64,000 bases of DNA from Acutalibacteraceae bacterium (GCA_045602945.1 JAZSCM010000003.1:29647-93646); one strand, 5' to 3'. Positions 46,590 to 54,415 are shown, counted from the stretch's first letter. The notes: a model not told the origin generated them from the letters alone. Numbers and translations: made by a program.

Positions 46590-47312
46590 TTATTCTACTT
46601 CGGTTTTATTTTTCTTTATACTTTGCATTGAAAATTCAAAATGCTGCAAATACTTATTATCCCAATTTTCTGTTATCCAGCTTCCACGTAGACCGCCTCT
46701 AACCATAAATCCATCAACATCGGTCACAAACAATGCGGGGAGTGCTAAATAATCACCTGTTTCTTTATCAGAAACTCTGCCGTAGTCACTTATATACGTT
46801 TTACGGGCTTTTCCAAATATAACAACTTCGCCGCCCGCACAAAGTTCGGGTGGATTATTGTATAAACTTTTATTTCTTTCGTTAAAATCAGTAACGTACG
46901 CCTTTAGGTAATCGATTGTGGGATTTTCACTAGGTAGATAAATTTTAAAATTTATTTCTTGTTCTTGTGGGTTTTCAAAACAATACTCTACAAATTCGCC
47001 GCCTTCATATATTTTTATTGATTTTAAAGAATATAAATCATCATCGAGCGACTTTATTGTTAGAATCTGTTCGGGATTTAACTCTCTAAAAGTTTTTTTG
47101 AAGGTCCAGTCTGCTAGTTCGTCAGTTAAAAACCAATCAAGCATTTCATCAATATTTTTAAAGCCACACGAACGAGTAGGCAAACCATCGTCTCTATATA
47201 CACCTTTATCCGATGAAGTATTTTCTTTATCAGAGTCGGTATCTTTTTGCGAACATCCACAAAACGATATAAGTAATCCTAAAGTTAATAATAAAGCAAT
47301 TATTTTTTTCAT
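46590..47312 (-). CDS. hypothetical lipoprotein
   Basis: 240 aa with a signal peptide ending LLISFCGC. Confidence 0.75.
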   Translation of the reverse strand: MKKIIALLLTLGLLISFCGCSQKDTDSDKENTSSDKGVYRDDGLPTRSCGFKNIDEMLDWFLTDELADWTFKKTFRELNPEQILTIKSLDDDLYSLKSIKIYEGGEFVEYCFENPQEQEINFKIYLPSENPTIDYLKAYVTDFNERNKSLYNNPPELCAGGEVVIFGKARKTYISDYGRVSDKETGDYLALPALFVTDVDGFMVRGGLRGSWITENWDNKYLQHFEFSMQSIKKNKTEVE

Positions 47313-47359
47313 AAAAATTCCTCCTTTTTAGAGAGAATATTGATTTTTGTGTATTCAGG

Positions 47360-48292
47360 CTAATTAAATTTATTTGCCTGAACTGTTACACTAAACTCTT
47401 CTGTTTCGCCTGTTGCAGTGATAGAAGTACCACTAAAAACATAAACAGGCTGCATAACGATATTATCTAAATTTCTATCTTGTGTCCAATAAGCTAGTGA
47501 AACTTCTTCGAATATAAGCTCTGAGGGGGTGTTTTCCATTTGTACAAAGGCCTTACCCTCTTTAAAACGATTAAGTGCTTCTTGCATAGAAATCAATTTA
47601 ACCGTTTTTTTATCCTCATATTCCCTAAAATTATATGTGACGTAACATACTTCTCCATTTGCGTTAATCTCTACATATATTTGGGAGTTTCCGCCAATGT
47701 CAAGCCCATCCTTCTGTTTTGGGTAAAAACTGATTCCTATTGTCAGTTTAGTAGTTCCTTCACTCTTAGATGTTGTAGTTGATTCGCTTGTTGACCACGT
47801 TTTGCCGATTTTACTACTAAAAAGCCCATATTTTTCTAAATATTCCTTAGCAATTTTATAGCATTCTTTTTCAGTCAAGGTGATTTCTCGGCTTGTGTGT
47901 TCAACCCCTGTTTTGTACGAAAAGCAACCAAACTGATCGATATCTAAAAATTTATCTTCGCCACCGACACCTTTTGATTTATAAACTCGCGTACCGTCAT
48001 CTCGAAGTTTATAATCGTTGATATCAAAGCCAAAATCCGAAACAATTTTATAATCTGTCAGCTTTGGATTTTGATAAATAAAAGCTGAGTCTTTAGCAAT
48101 TTGAGCTTCAAGTTTATCTGCATCGAAGTTAAATTTAGTGTTTGTTTCGGGTTTAGTATTTTGTGTTGTTGGAAAATCAATTTCGCAGCCTAATTGAGCG
48201 CTGTACGTTTTTGAAAACACTATCATCGTAGACGAGCCGATTATTACAGCTATCAAGGCGACTAAAATTGTGATTTTTAATTTCTTTTTCAT
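47360..48292 (-). CDS. hypothetical signal-anchored extracytoplasmic protein
   Basis: 310 aa with one N-terminal TM. No family recognised. Confidence 0.75.
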   Translation of the reverse strand: MKKKLKITILVALIAVIIGSSTMIVFSKTYSAQLGCEIDFPTTQNTKPETNTKFNFDADKLEAQIAKDSAFIYQNPKLTDYKIVSDFGFDINDYKLRDDGTRVYKSKGVGGEDKFLDIDQFGCFSYKTGVEHTSREITLTEKECYKIAKEYLEKYGLFSSKIGKTWSTSESTTTSKSEGTTKLTIGISFYPKQKDGLDIGGNSQIYVEINANGEVCYVTYNFREYEDKKTVKLISMQEALNRFKEGKAFVQMENTPSELIFEEVSLAYWTQDRNLDNIVMQPVYVFSGTSITATGETEEFSVTVQANKFN

Positions 48293-48319
48293 AAAAAATC
48301 CTCCTTAGTGGGTGTGGTG

Positions 48320-48871
48320 TCATTCCCCTATTGTTTCGCATTTTTGTGTTTTAAGTTTTTTGTTTTTAATCAAAAGCAATACGCTTAAAATAATGACTGC
48401 CAGTGAAATTGTTATATGCAAGTAATTTACATACTTCAGGTAAACCAACGGTGTTGTTCCAAACCGTACGTATAACTGCCTTATGTTCATATATGCCTGC
48501 GTATAGTCATTAACGGCAGGAAATAAGATAAAGATAAATAGACTTGCAACCGAGGTAATCAAAAAAGAAATATTAAACTTTAGTTTTATTTGTTTTTTGA
48601 ATACTGCAATAGTTAAAAGCACGGCGGTTAAAAGGCTAATAACTACAAATATAATTTGAATAGCAGCAATAAAAAGAGTTGGCAAAAGAACTGTAAAGAT
48701 TAGTGTTGCACCGCGGCCGATTGGTATATGTAAGCTGTCAACTCCCATTTTATAAAAGAAAAAGTTATCAATTATATTAAGTGTGCTGATACAGCAATAA
48801 AAAAGCGTTGCAATATCGTAAATAAAAACAAACGGTGGGAAAATAAATTTTTTAAGAATATTATTTTTCAT
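48320..48871 (-). CDS. hypothetical integral membrane protein (paralogue A')
   Basis: 183 aa, about 5 TM segments. Paralogue of 50067-50615. Confidence 0.75.
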   Translation of the reverse strand: MKNNILKKFIFPPFVFIYDIATLFYCCISTLNIIDNFFFYKMGVDSLHIPIGRGATLIFTVLLPTLFIAAIQIIFVVISLLTAVLLTIAVFKKQIKLKFNISFLITSVASLFIFILFPAVNDYTQAYMNIRQLYVRFGTTPLVYLKYVNYLHITISLAVIILSVLLLIKNKKLKTQKCETIGE

Positions 48872-48920
48872 TTTTTACTCCTTTTTTTACAAATAAAGAA
48901 ATAATTAATTCTAAAATCCA
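48861..48920 (-). pseudogene. 3'-terminal remnant (19 codons plus stop) of a paralogue of the 50605-51063 membrane-protein gene, cut off by P4
   Basis: The minus strand reads WILELIISLFVKKGVKNEK*, against WILELIISLFVKRGCKNEK* at the end of 50605-51063. 33 nt are identical, and the homology stops 1 nt from the P4 34-mer. Confidence 0.8.
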
Positions 48921-48921
48921 G

Positions 48922-48955
48922 GTCGGACACAGGGGACGGTCCCCTGTGTGATATA
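48922..48955. repeat. palindrome P4 (34-mer, identical to P3)
   Basis: Read directly. Confidence 0.95.
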
Positions 48956-48971
48956 AAATTTTATGATAACA

Positions 48972-49877
48972 TCATTTATATTCTACAGGAAGTTTTAGGC
49001 CCTTATAATATTCCTCGCCGTTATCATTCAAAATCCTGTCAGTTGTGCAAAATACAGTATCACCATTTACTAACAAATCTTTTTTTAACACAAATTGCAA
49101 TAAGCCGTTTTCACTTTGGGCATGCAAATCAACAAATATAGTATCATCTAAAACACGAATGGTTTCTTTGTTGGTTGTAGTATAGGCTCGTTTGATAACC
49201 GATAAGATTTTGTTGTACGTTGCCGTATCTATAGATATGTCTGTTTTGCTAGAATCGGCGGTATTCATATAAAAGCAGTGATAATTTTCTATGTTATCAT
49301 AATATAAAATTGCTTGTTCTAAATGCTTAGATGAACACCATATCCCACCCAATTCGCTATACAACAAATCCTTATTTTGTGTATCACCTAAAGTGTAAAG
49401 CCTATAAATATCATTTTCTCTTGGAAAGAAAAAGTTAGCAACCTTTGATATGAAATTTTGATTTTGCATAGCGTTGTTTTCGGTAATATGGACGTTTGCT
49501 ATCGCCTTTTTATCAATATCTGTTATTGGATTTAAAGTTTTAACGTTTTTTAGGTAATCACCCAGTCGAACGTATGTGTTTCCATCCAATTCTAATTCTT
49601 TTGCATTATAATCTTCTATTTGAATAATTACGCCCGTGTCTTTATTTGCGTTTTTATATTCTATATTTTTAAAAGCGTTGGATATTGATATACAAGCAAT
49701 TGGAAATATAAGAACTATACCTATGCTAAGAAATATAATTGATATTTTCTGCTTTTTAGGTTTTTTTCTAACACTAAAAGCTATGAATAAAGATATACCG
49801 GCAATTAACGCAAGTAATCCTAAAACAGATAGAAAAATTATAAAAGCAAAAAATATCAAACTTGCGAATGCGCCCAA
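48972..49877 (-). CDS. hypothetical membrane-anchored protein between P5 and P4
   Basis: 301 aa with a TTG start 6 nt after GGAGGAG. Two N-terminal TM segments, then a soluble domain. Confidence 0.7.
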   Translation of the reverse strand: MGAFASLIFFAFIIFLSVLGLLALIAGISLFIAFSVRKKPKKQKISIIFLSIGIVLIFPIACISISNAFKNIEYKNANKDTGVIIQIEDYNAKELELDGNTYVRLGDYLKNVKTLNPITDIDKKAIANVHITENNAMQNQNFISKVANFFFPRENDIYRLYTLGDTQNKDLLYSELGGIWCSSKHLEQAILYYDNIENYHCFYMNTADSSKTDISIDTATYNKILSVIKRAYTTTNKETIRVLDDTIFVDLHAQSENGLLQFVLKKDLLVNGDTVFCTTDRILNDNGEEYYKGLKLPVEYK

Positions 49878-50005
49878 ATATATCTCCTCCTAAATTTTAA
49901 TTTCACTAATTCAAATCATATCGTTCAATAGCGGACATTTGATTATTCATATATTCTTTTATTGTTAAATAGGCATCTTTTAAAGCTTGATTAGTGCCTG
50001 ACATT

Positions 50006-50038
50006 AGAGTACACGGGGGACCGTCCCCTGTGTACTCT
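50006..50038. repeat. palindrome P5: AGAGTACACGGGGGAC-C-GTCCCCTGTGTACTCT (16-bp arms, 1 mismatch; inverted relative to P2-P4)
   Basis: Read directly. The reverse complement has the consensus left arm and a central G. Confidence 0.9.
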
Positions 50039-50066
50039 ATAAATTCCTCCTTTAAAAAGACAAAGG

Positions 50067-50615
50067 TTATTCCCCTGCGGTTTCGCTTTTTTGCGATTTT
50101 AGTTTTATATTTTTTATCAAAAGTAATACGTTTAAAATAATTACTACCAACGAAATTATCATATATATGCGATTTGCATATTGCAGGTAAAACGGCATTG
50201 TACCAAGCAATATGTATATCGGTCTTATGGTCATATATGCCTGAACAGCGTATTCGCCGGCAGGTATTAACATAAAGATAAATAAGCTAACAACCGAGGT
50301 AATCAAAAAAGAAATATTAAACTTTAGTTTTATTTGTTTTTTGAATACTGCAATAGTTAAAAGCACGGCGGTTAAAAGGCTAATAACTACAAATACAATT
50401 TGAAAAGCAGATCCTAAAAGAGTTTGAAATATAAAAATTAAGGTTGGCGTGTCAGCGCCGCCGATTATTGTATGTAAGCCGTCCGCACCAATTTTACAGG
50501 TGAAAAAGTTATCTATTATACTAAGCGTGATAATATAGCACCAAAAACGCGTTGCTATATCGTAAATAAAAACAAATGGTGTGAAAATGAATTTTTTAAG
50601 AATATTATTTTTCAT
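50067..50615 (-). CDS. hypothetical integral membrane protein (paralogue B')
   Basis: 182 aa, about 5 TM segments. Confidence 0.75.
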   Translation of the reverse strand: MKNNILKKFIFTPFVFIYDIATRFWCYIITLSIIDNFFTCKIGADGLHTIIGGADTPTLIFIFQTLLGSAFQIVFVVISLLTAVLLTIAVFKKQIKLKFNISFLITSVVSLFIFMLIPAGEYAVQAYMTIRPIYILLGTMPFYLQYANRIYMIISLVVIILNVLLLIKNIKLKSQKSETAGE

Positions 50616-51063
50616 TTTTGCATCCCCTTTTTACAAATAAAGAAATAATTAATTCTAAAATCCAGAATATTAATGCGGTTATAATTCCTACGTATAGGGC
50701 AATTAAAACGTTAAGTGAAATATGTAAAACCCGTGCATATCTTATAAGATAGGCAACTGTACCTAAACTTATGCTACCAATATAAAAGATAAGTCTTGGC
50801 GCTTTCATCTTTTTTCTTAATAAAAATACTATTACAACCAAAACAGCCGACACAATAAAGCTAATTATTATTTGACCTGCAAAGGTGTTAAATAGCACGG
50901 TTAAAAAGGTTTTATCATTTAAAAACAATCTTACGTAGTTATCAAAACCTATAAAACTAGGACTTGGAGAAATCAAATTTCCAATACCCAAAGCGACAAA
51001 CACCATTATGAGCGGTGCTATTAAAAGTGCTATAAAAATCAGTAATTCCTTTATTTTTTTCAT
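50605..51063 (-). CDS. hypothetical integral membrane protein
   Basis: 152 aa, 4 TM segments. 11-nt overlap with the downstream gene. Confidence 0.75.
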   Translation of the reverse strand: MKKIKELLIFIALLIAPLIMVFVALGIGNLISPSPSFIGFDNYVRLFLNDKTFLTVLFNTFAGQIIISFIVSAVLVVIVFLLRKKMKAPRLIFYIGSISLGTVAYLIRYARVLHISLNVLIALYVGIITALIFWILELIISLFVKRGCKNEK

Positions 51064-51082
51064 ATTCTTTCCCCTTTTTTGT

Positions 51083-52357
51083 TTATTGTATGGCGGCGCT
51101 TAAATCAATTATATCAGTATAGCGCTCTTGCTCATTTCCATATACAACCAGCAAATTAGTTTCGCCAATCCACTGCATATTAATTACTGTTTTACCCTTA
51201 TACTCTGTAAAAGTAAAGTCTTTTACATATTTTGCAATATCTACTATTTCGCCTTTTTCCATATCTATAAGAGCGTGAGTAACATAAGCTTCGATAGTAT
51301 TGTCAACGCTGCCGTTATTATGAGTTGGCCATTCTTTTAATCCACCCAAAATAAATCTGCCGCTTTGGTTTGGGGTGCCGTATATTTCAGTACTAACCCC
51401 TGGTTTATAATAAAATTCCTTATTTGTTTTGATATTATATAGATAGCATTCTCCTGAGCTAATATCCTTTTTCATCAAAATATGATGTCCGGGATATCCG
51501 TCGGTATATTCGCTAAAATCAATTTCTTTATCCCACTCTCTCGTTTCTTCATTTTCGAGATTATAATAATAAGCTTCCGACATGTTTAGTGACTCGTCTT
51601 TGTCGTGTTTCATAGTATAAGTCAGTAATATTTCGTCTCCGACAAACGCATAAGGCGTTGTAGAATGTTTATAATATGCCTCATTATCGTTAGGCATAGG
51701 TTCACGGTTTTGCTCAATTATAATTTTAGGCAGCTGTTTTGCCTCACTTGTTTTAAGATTTATAACATAATAATCGTTAAGTTCATTACGAGCCGCTTCG
51801 TATTTTGTGCCGCATAGAACAACAACGTATTTTCCGTCCTCACTAATTAGCGGTAAAGATAATCCTGCCAACCGACACACGTCTACCTCATCAAAAAGAA
51901 CTTTGAGTTCACCGCTTTTAACGTTTAAAATCATAGGTTTTTTCATAACTGTACCGCTAATCAAAACGTTTTCAGAGTCGTTAGGAATAGTAAAAAACTC
52001 AAAGGTTATTCCCTGCTGTCTATAATCGGTTTTTTGATAACAGTAAACGGTATCGTTATGAACGTAATACTTTATCTCTAAAGTAGTTTCCTCTGCTACG
52101 TTGCTAATCTCAGGATTTAGTATAAATTTCGATTCTTTTGCCTTTAATTTTAAAAGCTTACCATCTTCGAATACATATGCATTTTCAACCGTCTTATTCT
52201 CTTGTACAAGGAAATCTGACTCGTCAACCTCAATAATCAAGCCGTTTTCAAAGCCGTGAAAGCCATTAAGCGGAAGCTCTGCTGTTTTTCCACCCGCACA
52301 GCCTGTTAAAGATAAAAGTACGGCTAGTATTAATGCAATAGAAATTAGTTTTTTCAT
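51083..52357 (-). CDS. hypothetical lipoprotein (large, beta-rich)
   Basis: 424 aa with lipobox LSLTGC. No family recognised. Confidence 0.8.
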   Translation of the reverse strand: MKKLISIALILAVLLSLTGCAGGKTAELPLNGFHGFENGLIIEVDESDFLVQENKTVENAYVFEDGKLLKLKAKESKFILNPEISNVAEETTLEIKYYVHNDTVYCYQKTDYRQQGITFEFFTIPNDSENVLISGTVMKKPMILNVKSGELKVLFDEVDVCRLAGLSLPLISEDGKYVVVLCGTKYEAARNELNDYYVINLKTSEAKQLPKIIIEQNREPMPNDNEAYYKHSTTPYAFVGDEILLTYTMKHDKDESLNMSEAYYYNLENEETREWDKEIDFSEYTDGYPGHHILMKKDISSGECYLYNIKTNKEFYYKPGVSTEIYGTPNQSGRFILGGLKEWPTHNNGSVDNTIEAYVTHALIDMEKGEIVDIAKYVKDFTFTEYKGKTVINMQWIGETNLLVVYGNEQERYTDIIDLSAAIQ

Positions 52358-52369
52358 TGTTTACTCCTT

Positions 52370-53323
52370 TTACTCGGTTAAATCTTCAAGTGCAGATAAA
52401 ACTGAATTTTCATCAATACCTGCTATTACAAACGTATAGTAATACCCGTTTTTTTGAAATTCTCCTTTGTATTTACCGGCAGAATTTTTGCATACAATAA
52501 CGTCGATATTATTTATATTGGTTTTTTTGAGTTGCTCATGGGTGTCGAAAATACATCCAAATCCAACGTACTTTTTATCGCAAATTAAAAGGTGAAGAGT
52601 GCCTTTACCGTCCGGAGTAGAATATCTAATATAACCGTTTTCCACTTCATTATAATATTCAAGACCGTCTTCTGTGGGTATATCAAAGTAAAAATTAGCA
52701 GTTTCGAAATCTTCTGGCAATACAAAAGCATATTTTTCAGTAAATTCTTTCTTAGAAACTTCTTTCCTATCTACCATTCTCCTTCCGCTTTCAACAAAAC
52801 ATTCAACTGTGTTGATATTAATTTGAGGGGAATTAGTTTGATATTTATTCAGCAAATCGAGAAGTTTTTGCTCGTTTATCATATATTTATCCTCTGCCTT
52901 ATAAACTTCAAAACTTCTTTCCTCGTCCTTTACACCGCTATCTCCACACATTTCTTCTTTTATGATAACTCCATCATTTAAAAGATATAGTTGTTCTGAA
53001 AAGGCACCATATTTTATTAGATTTGCTTTTTTAGAATCAACCATACTGTTTTTTTCGCTATATGTAATTGTATTGGAATATACATATTTTTCTAAAAACG
53101 TCCAATCGTTACTATTGCTAATTTGTATTTCTTCAGAGCTGTTATTTGGGATTATTGATAAACAATTAATATTTGATGCATCATCAGAGCCTGTTAGCGC
53201 GCGAATCAAAGTTCTGGCGTTTTCTTGTGATGAAGCATTATTTTGCTGCAAATCCTCATTTTTACAAGCCGACATACTTAATGCTAATAAAATACAAATG
53301 GTAAATAATAAAAGTTTTTTCAT
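52370..53323 (-). CDS. hypothetical lipoprotein
   Basis: 317 aa with lipobox LSMSAC. 4-nt overlap with the AraC gene upstream. Confidence 0.8.
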   Translation of the reverse strand: MKKLLLFTICILLALSMSACKNEDLQQNNASSQENARTLIRALTGSDDASNINCLSIIPNNSSEEIQISNSNDWTFLEKYVYSNTITYSEKNSMVDSKKANLIKYGAFSEQLYLLNDGVIIKEEMCGDSGVKDEERSFEVYKAEDKYMINEQKLLDLLNKYQTNSPQININTVECFVESGRRMVDRKEVSKKEFTEKYAFVLPEDFETANFYFDIPTEDGLEYYNEVENGYIRYSTPDGKGTLHLLICDKKYVGFGCIFDTHEQLKKTNINNIDVIVCKNSAGKYKGEFQKNGYYYTFVIAGIDENSVLSALEDLTE

Positions 53324-54243
53324 TTAATCTCTTCCCTTCTCTTTTGTACCGAGGTTTTTCTAAAGTCGGCAGGGGTGTTGCCTGTTATTTCTTTAAAAAT
53401 TCGGTTGAAGTGCTGAACTGTTTTAAAGCCAACCATATTTGCAACGTCTTTTATGGGCACGTCGGTAAAAGCCAGTTGCTTTTTAGACATAGTTATACGG
53501 TAGTTTGTCAGATACTCAACCGCAGTACAGCCAAGCTCCTGCTTCATAAGATAATTAAGCGTGGTGTGGTTGATGCCGACGTTGGCAGAAATTTTTGGAA
53601 GTGTTAAATCTTCGCTATAGTGCGCCTCTAAATAAAGAACAGCCTCACGAAGCTTTGGATTTTGAATTATAGGGATATAGTCTGACTTTTGGTCTTCATA
53701 GCCATAGCCTAAAAGACCGTACATACGCTCGAGTGCAATAATTACCTCCATAAAATGCGCACGGCCGCGGCAGGACCAATAAAAGTCTCTCTGGTCCCTT
53801 AATTCCTCCAGCATATAATCGGCGGCGTTTTCGATTTTTTCGGCTTGTGTTTGAGCAATCGGTATAACGTAAGGCTTATCTGTAAACGGCTTTAACATAA
53901 ACATATCGTGCGTGGTGGCAATATCGCCGTATTTTGCAGAGCGCAAAAGCTTAAAGGTCATATTCATATTTAAAAAGGTAGGATGAAAATAGATACAGGT
54001 GTATCTTGCCCTTGTTTTAGAAAGTAGCACGGGGTTTTCGGTTTCATCAAAGCATATAAAAGACGGTGCGGCGGCTTTTATTTTTTTATCACCCACCGAA
54101 AATTCTAATTTTCCGTAATTTAAAACTATTAGCAAAAAGTATTTTCCCTTGATATCCAAATCATCAAGCGGAGCGTTTTTTATACACTCAACCTGTGCTA
54201 TTTTTCCATGATTATATTTTTTGCCAACTGTAACGTGTCGCAT
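53320..54243 (-). CDS. AraC-family transcriptional regulator (first gene of the island operon)
   Basis: 307 aa with an N-terminal cupin-like half and a C-terminal AraC double HTH (GINHTTLNYLMK...G.T..EYL...R...). Confidence 0.9.
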   Translation of the reverse strand: MRHVTVGKKYNHGKIAQVECIKNAPLDDLDIKGKYFLLIVLNYGKLEFSVGDKKIKAAAPSFICFDETENPVLLSKTRARYTCIYFHPTFLNMNMTFKLLRSAKYGDIATTHDMFMLKPFTDKPYVIPIAQTQAEKIENAADYMLEELRDQRDFYWSCRGRAHFMEVIIALERMYGLLGYGYEDQKSDYIPIIQNPKLREAVLYLEAHYSEDLTLPKISANVGINHTTLNYLMKQELGCTAVEYLTNYRITMSKKQLAFTDVPIKDVANMVGFKTVQHFNRIFKEITGNTPADFRKTSVQKRREEIK

Positions 54244-54267
54244 AAAACAACCTCCTAACTTGCTTTA

Positions 54268-54296
54268 ATTTTACCATATAACCATAACAATCACAA
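54268..54296 (-). promoter_or_regulatory. candidate promoter of the island operon
   Basis: Minus strand reads TTGTGA (54296-54291), 17-nt spacer, TAAAAT (54273-54268). Confidence 0.4.
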
Positions 54297-54306
54297 GAAC
54301 AATTCT

Positions 54307-54368
54307 TTATCTAATTTGCAATTTCTTTTATCTAATCTGCAACTTTTTTATCTAATCTTAAATTTGTT
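54307..54368. repeat. three tandem direct repeats TTATCTAAT(T/C)T(G/T)(C/A)AA, spaced 21 and 20 nt
   Basis: Units start at 54307, 54328 and 54348, immediately upstream of the candidate -35. Confidence 0.8.
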
Positions 54369-54376
54369 AATAAAAA

Positions 54377-54415
54377 ATACACAACATTTAAATTTCTCAA
54401 ATGTTGTGTATTTTT
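54377..54415. terminator. bidirectional intrinsic terminator after the pseudouridine synthase gene
   Basis: 13-bp stem ATACACAACATTT / AAATGTTGTGTAT, 9-nt loop, A6 and T5 flanks. Confidence 0.75.

Noticed and set aside
49906-50004. 32-codon ORF (MSGTNQALKDAYLTIKEYMNNQMSAIERYDLN) between P5 and the 301-aa gene
   Set aside because: The start codon lies 1 nt from the palindrome with no SD. It is more likely a gene fragment carried in with the module than a functional sORF. It is kept only as a note.
43622-50038. Reading the five palindromes as ordinary rho-independent terminators
   Set aside because: For the minus-strand operon, none of P2-P5 is followed by a U-tract. P1 lies inside a coding sequence, and its T-run is on the non-transcribed strand. 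A generic terminator would not explain the identical asymmetric 30-34-nt flanks or the association with breakpoints.
52592-53327. Two plus-strand ORFs (129 and 121 aa) inside the 317-aa lipoprotein gene
   Set aside because: They are antisense shadows in very AT-rich DNA. The minus-strand gene has an SD, a lipobox and operon context.
41000-54300. The island as a prophage, ICE, integron or transposon
   Set aside because: No integrase, transposase, relaxase, portal/terminase or IntI-like gene is present. The palindromes are much shorter and more perfect than typical attC sites. Mobility therefore remains a hypothesis only.
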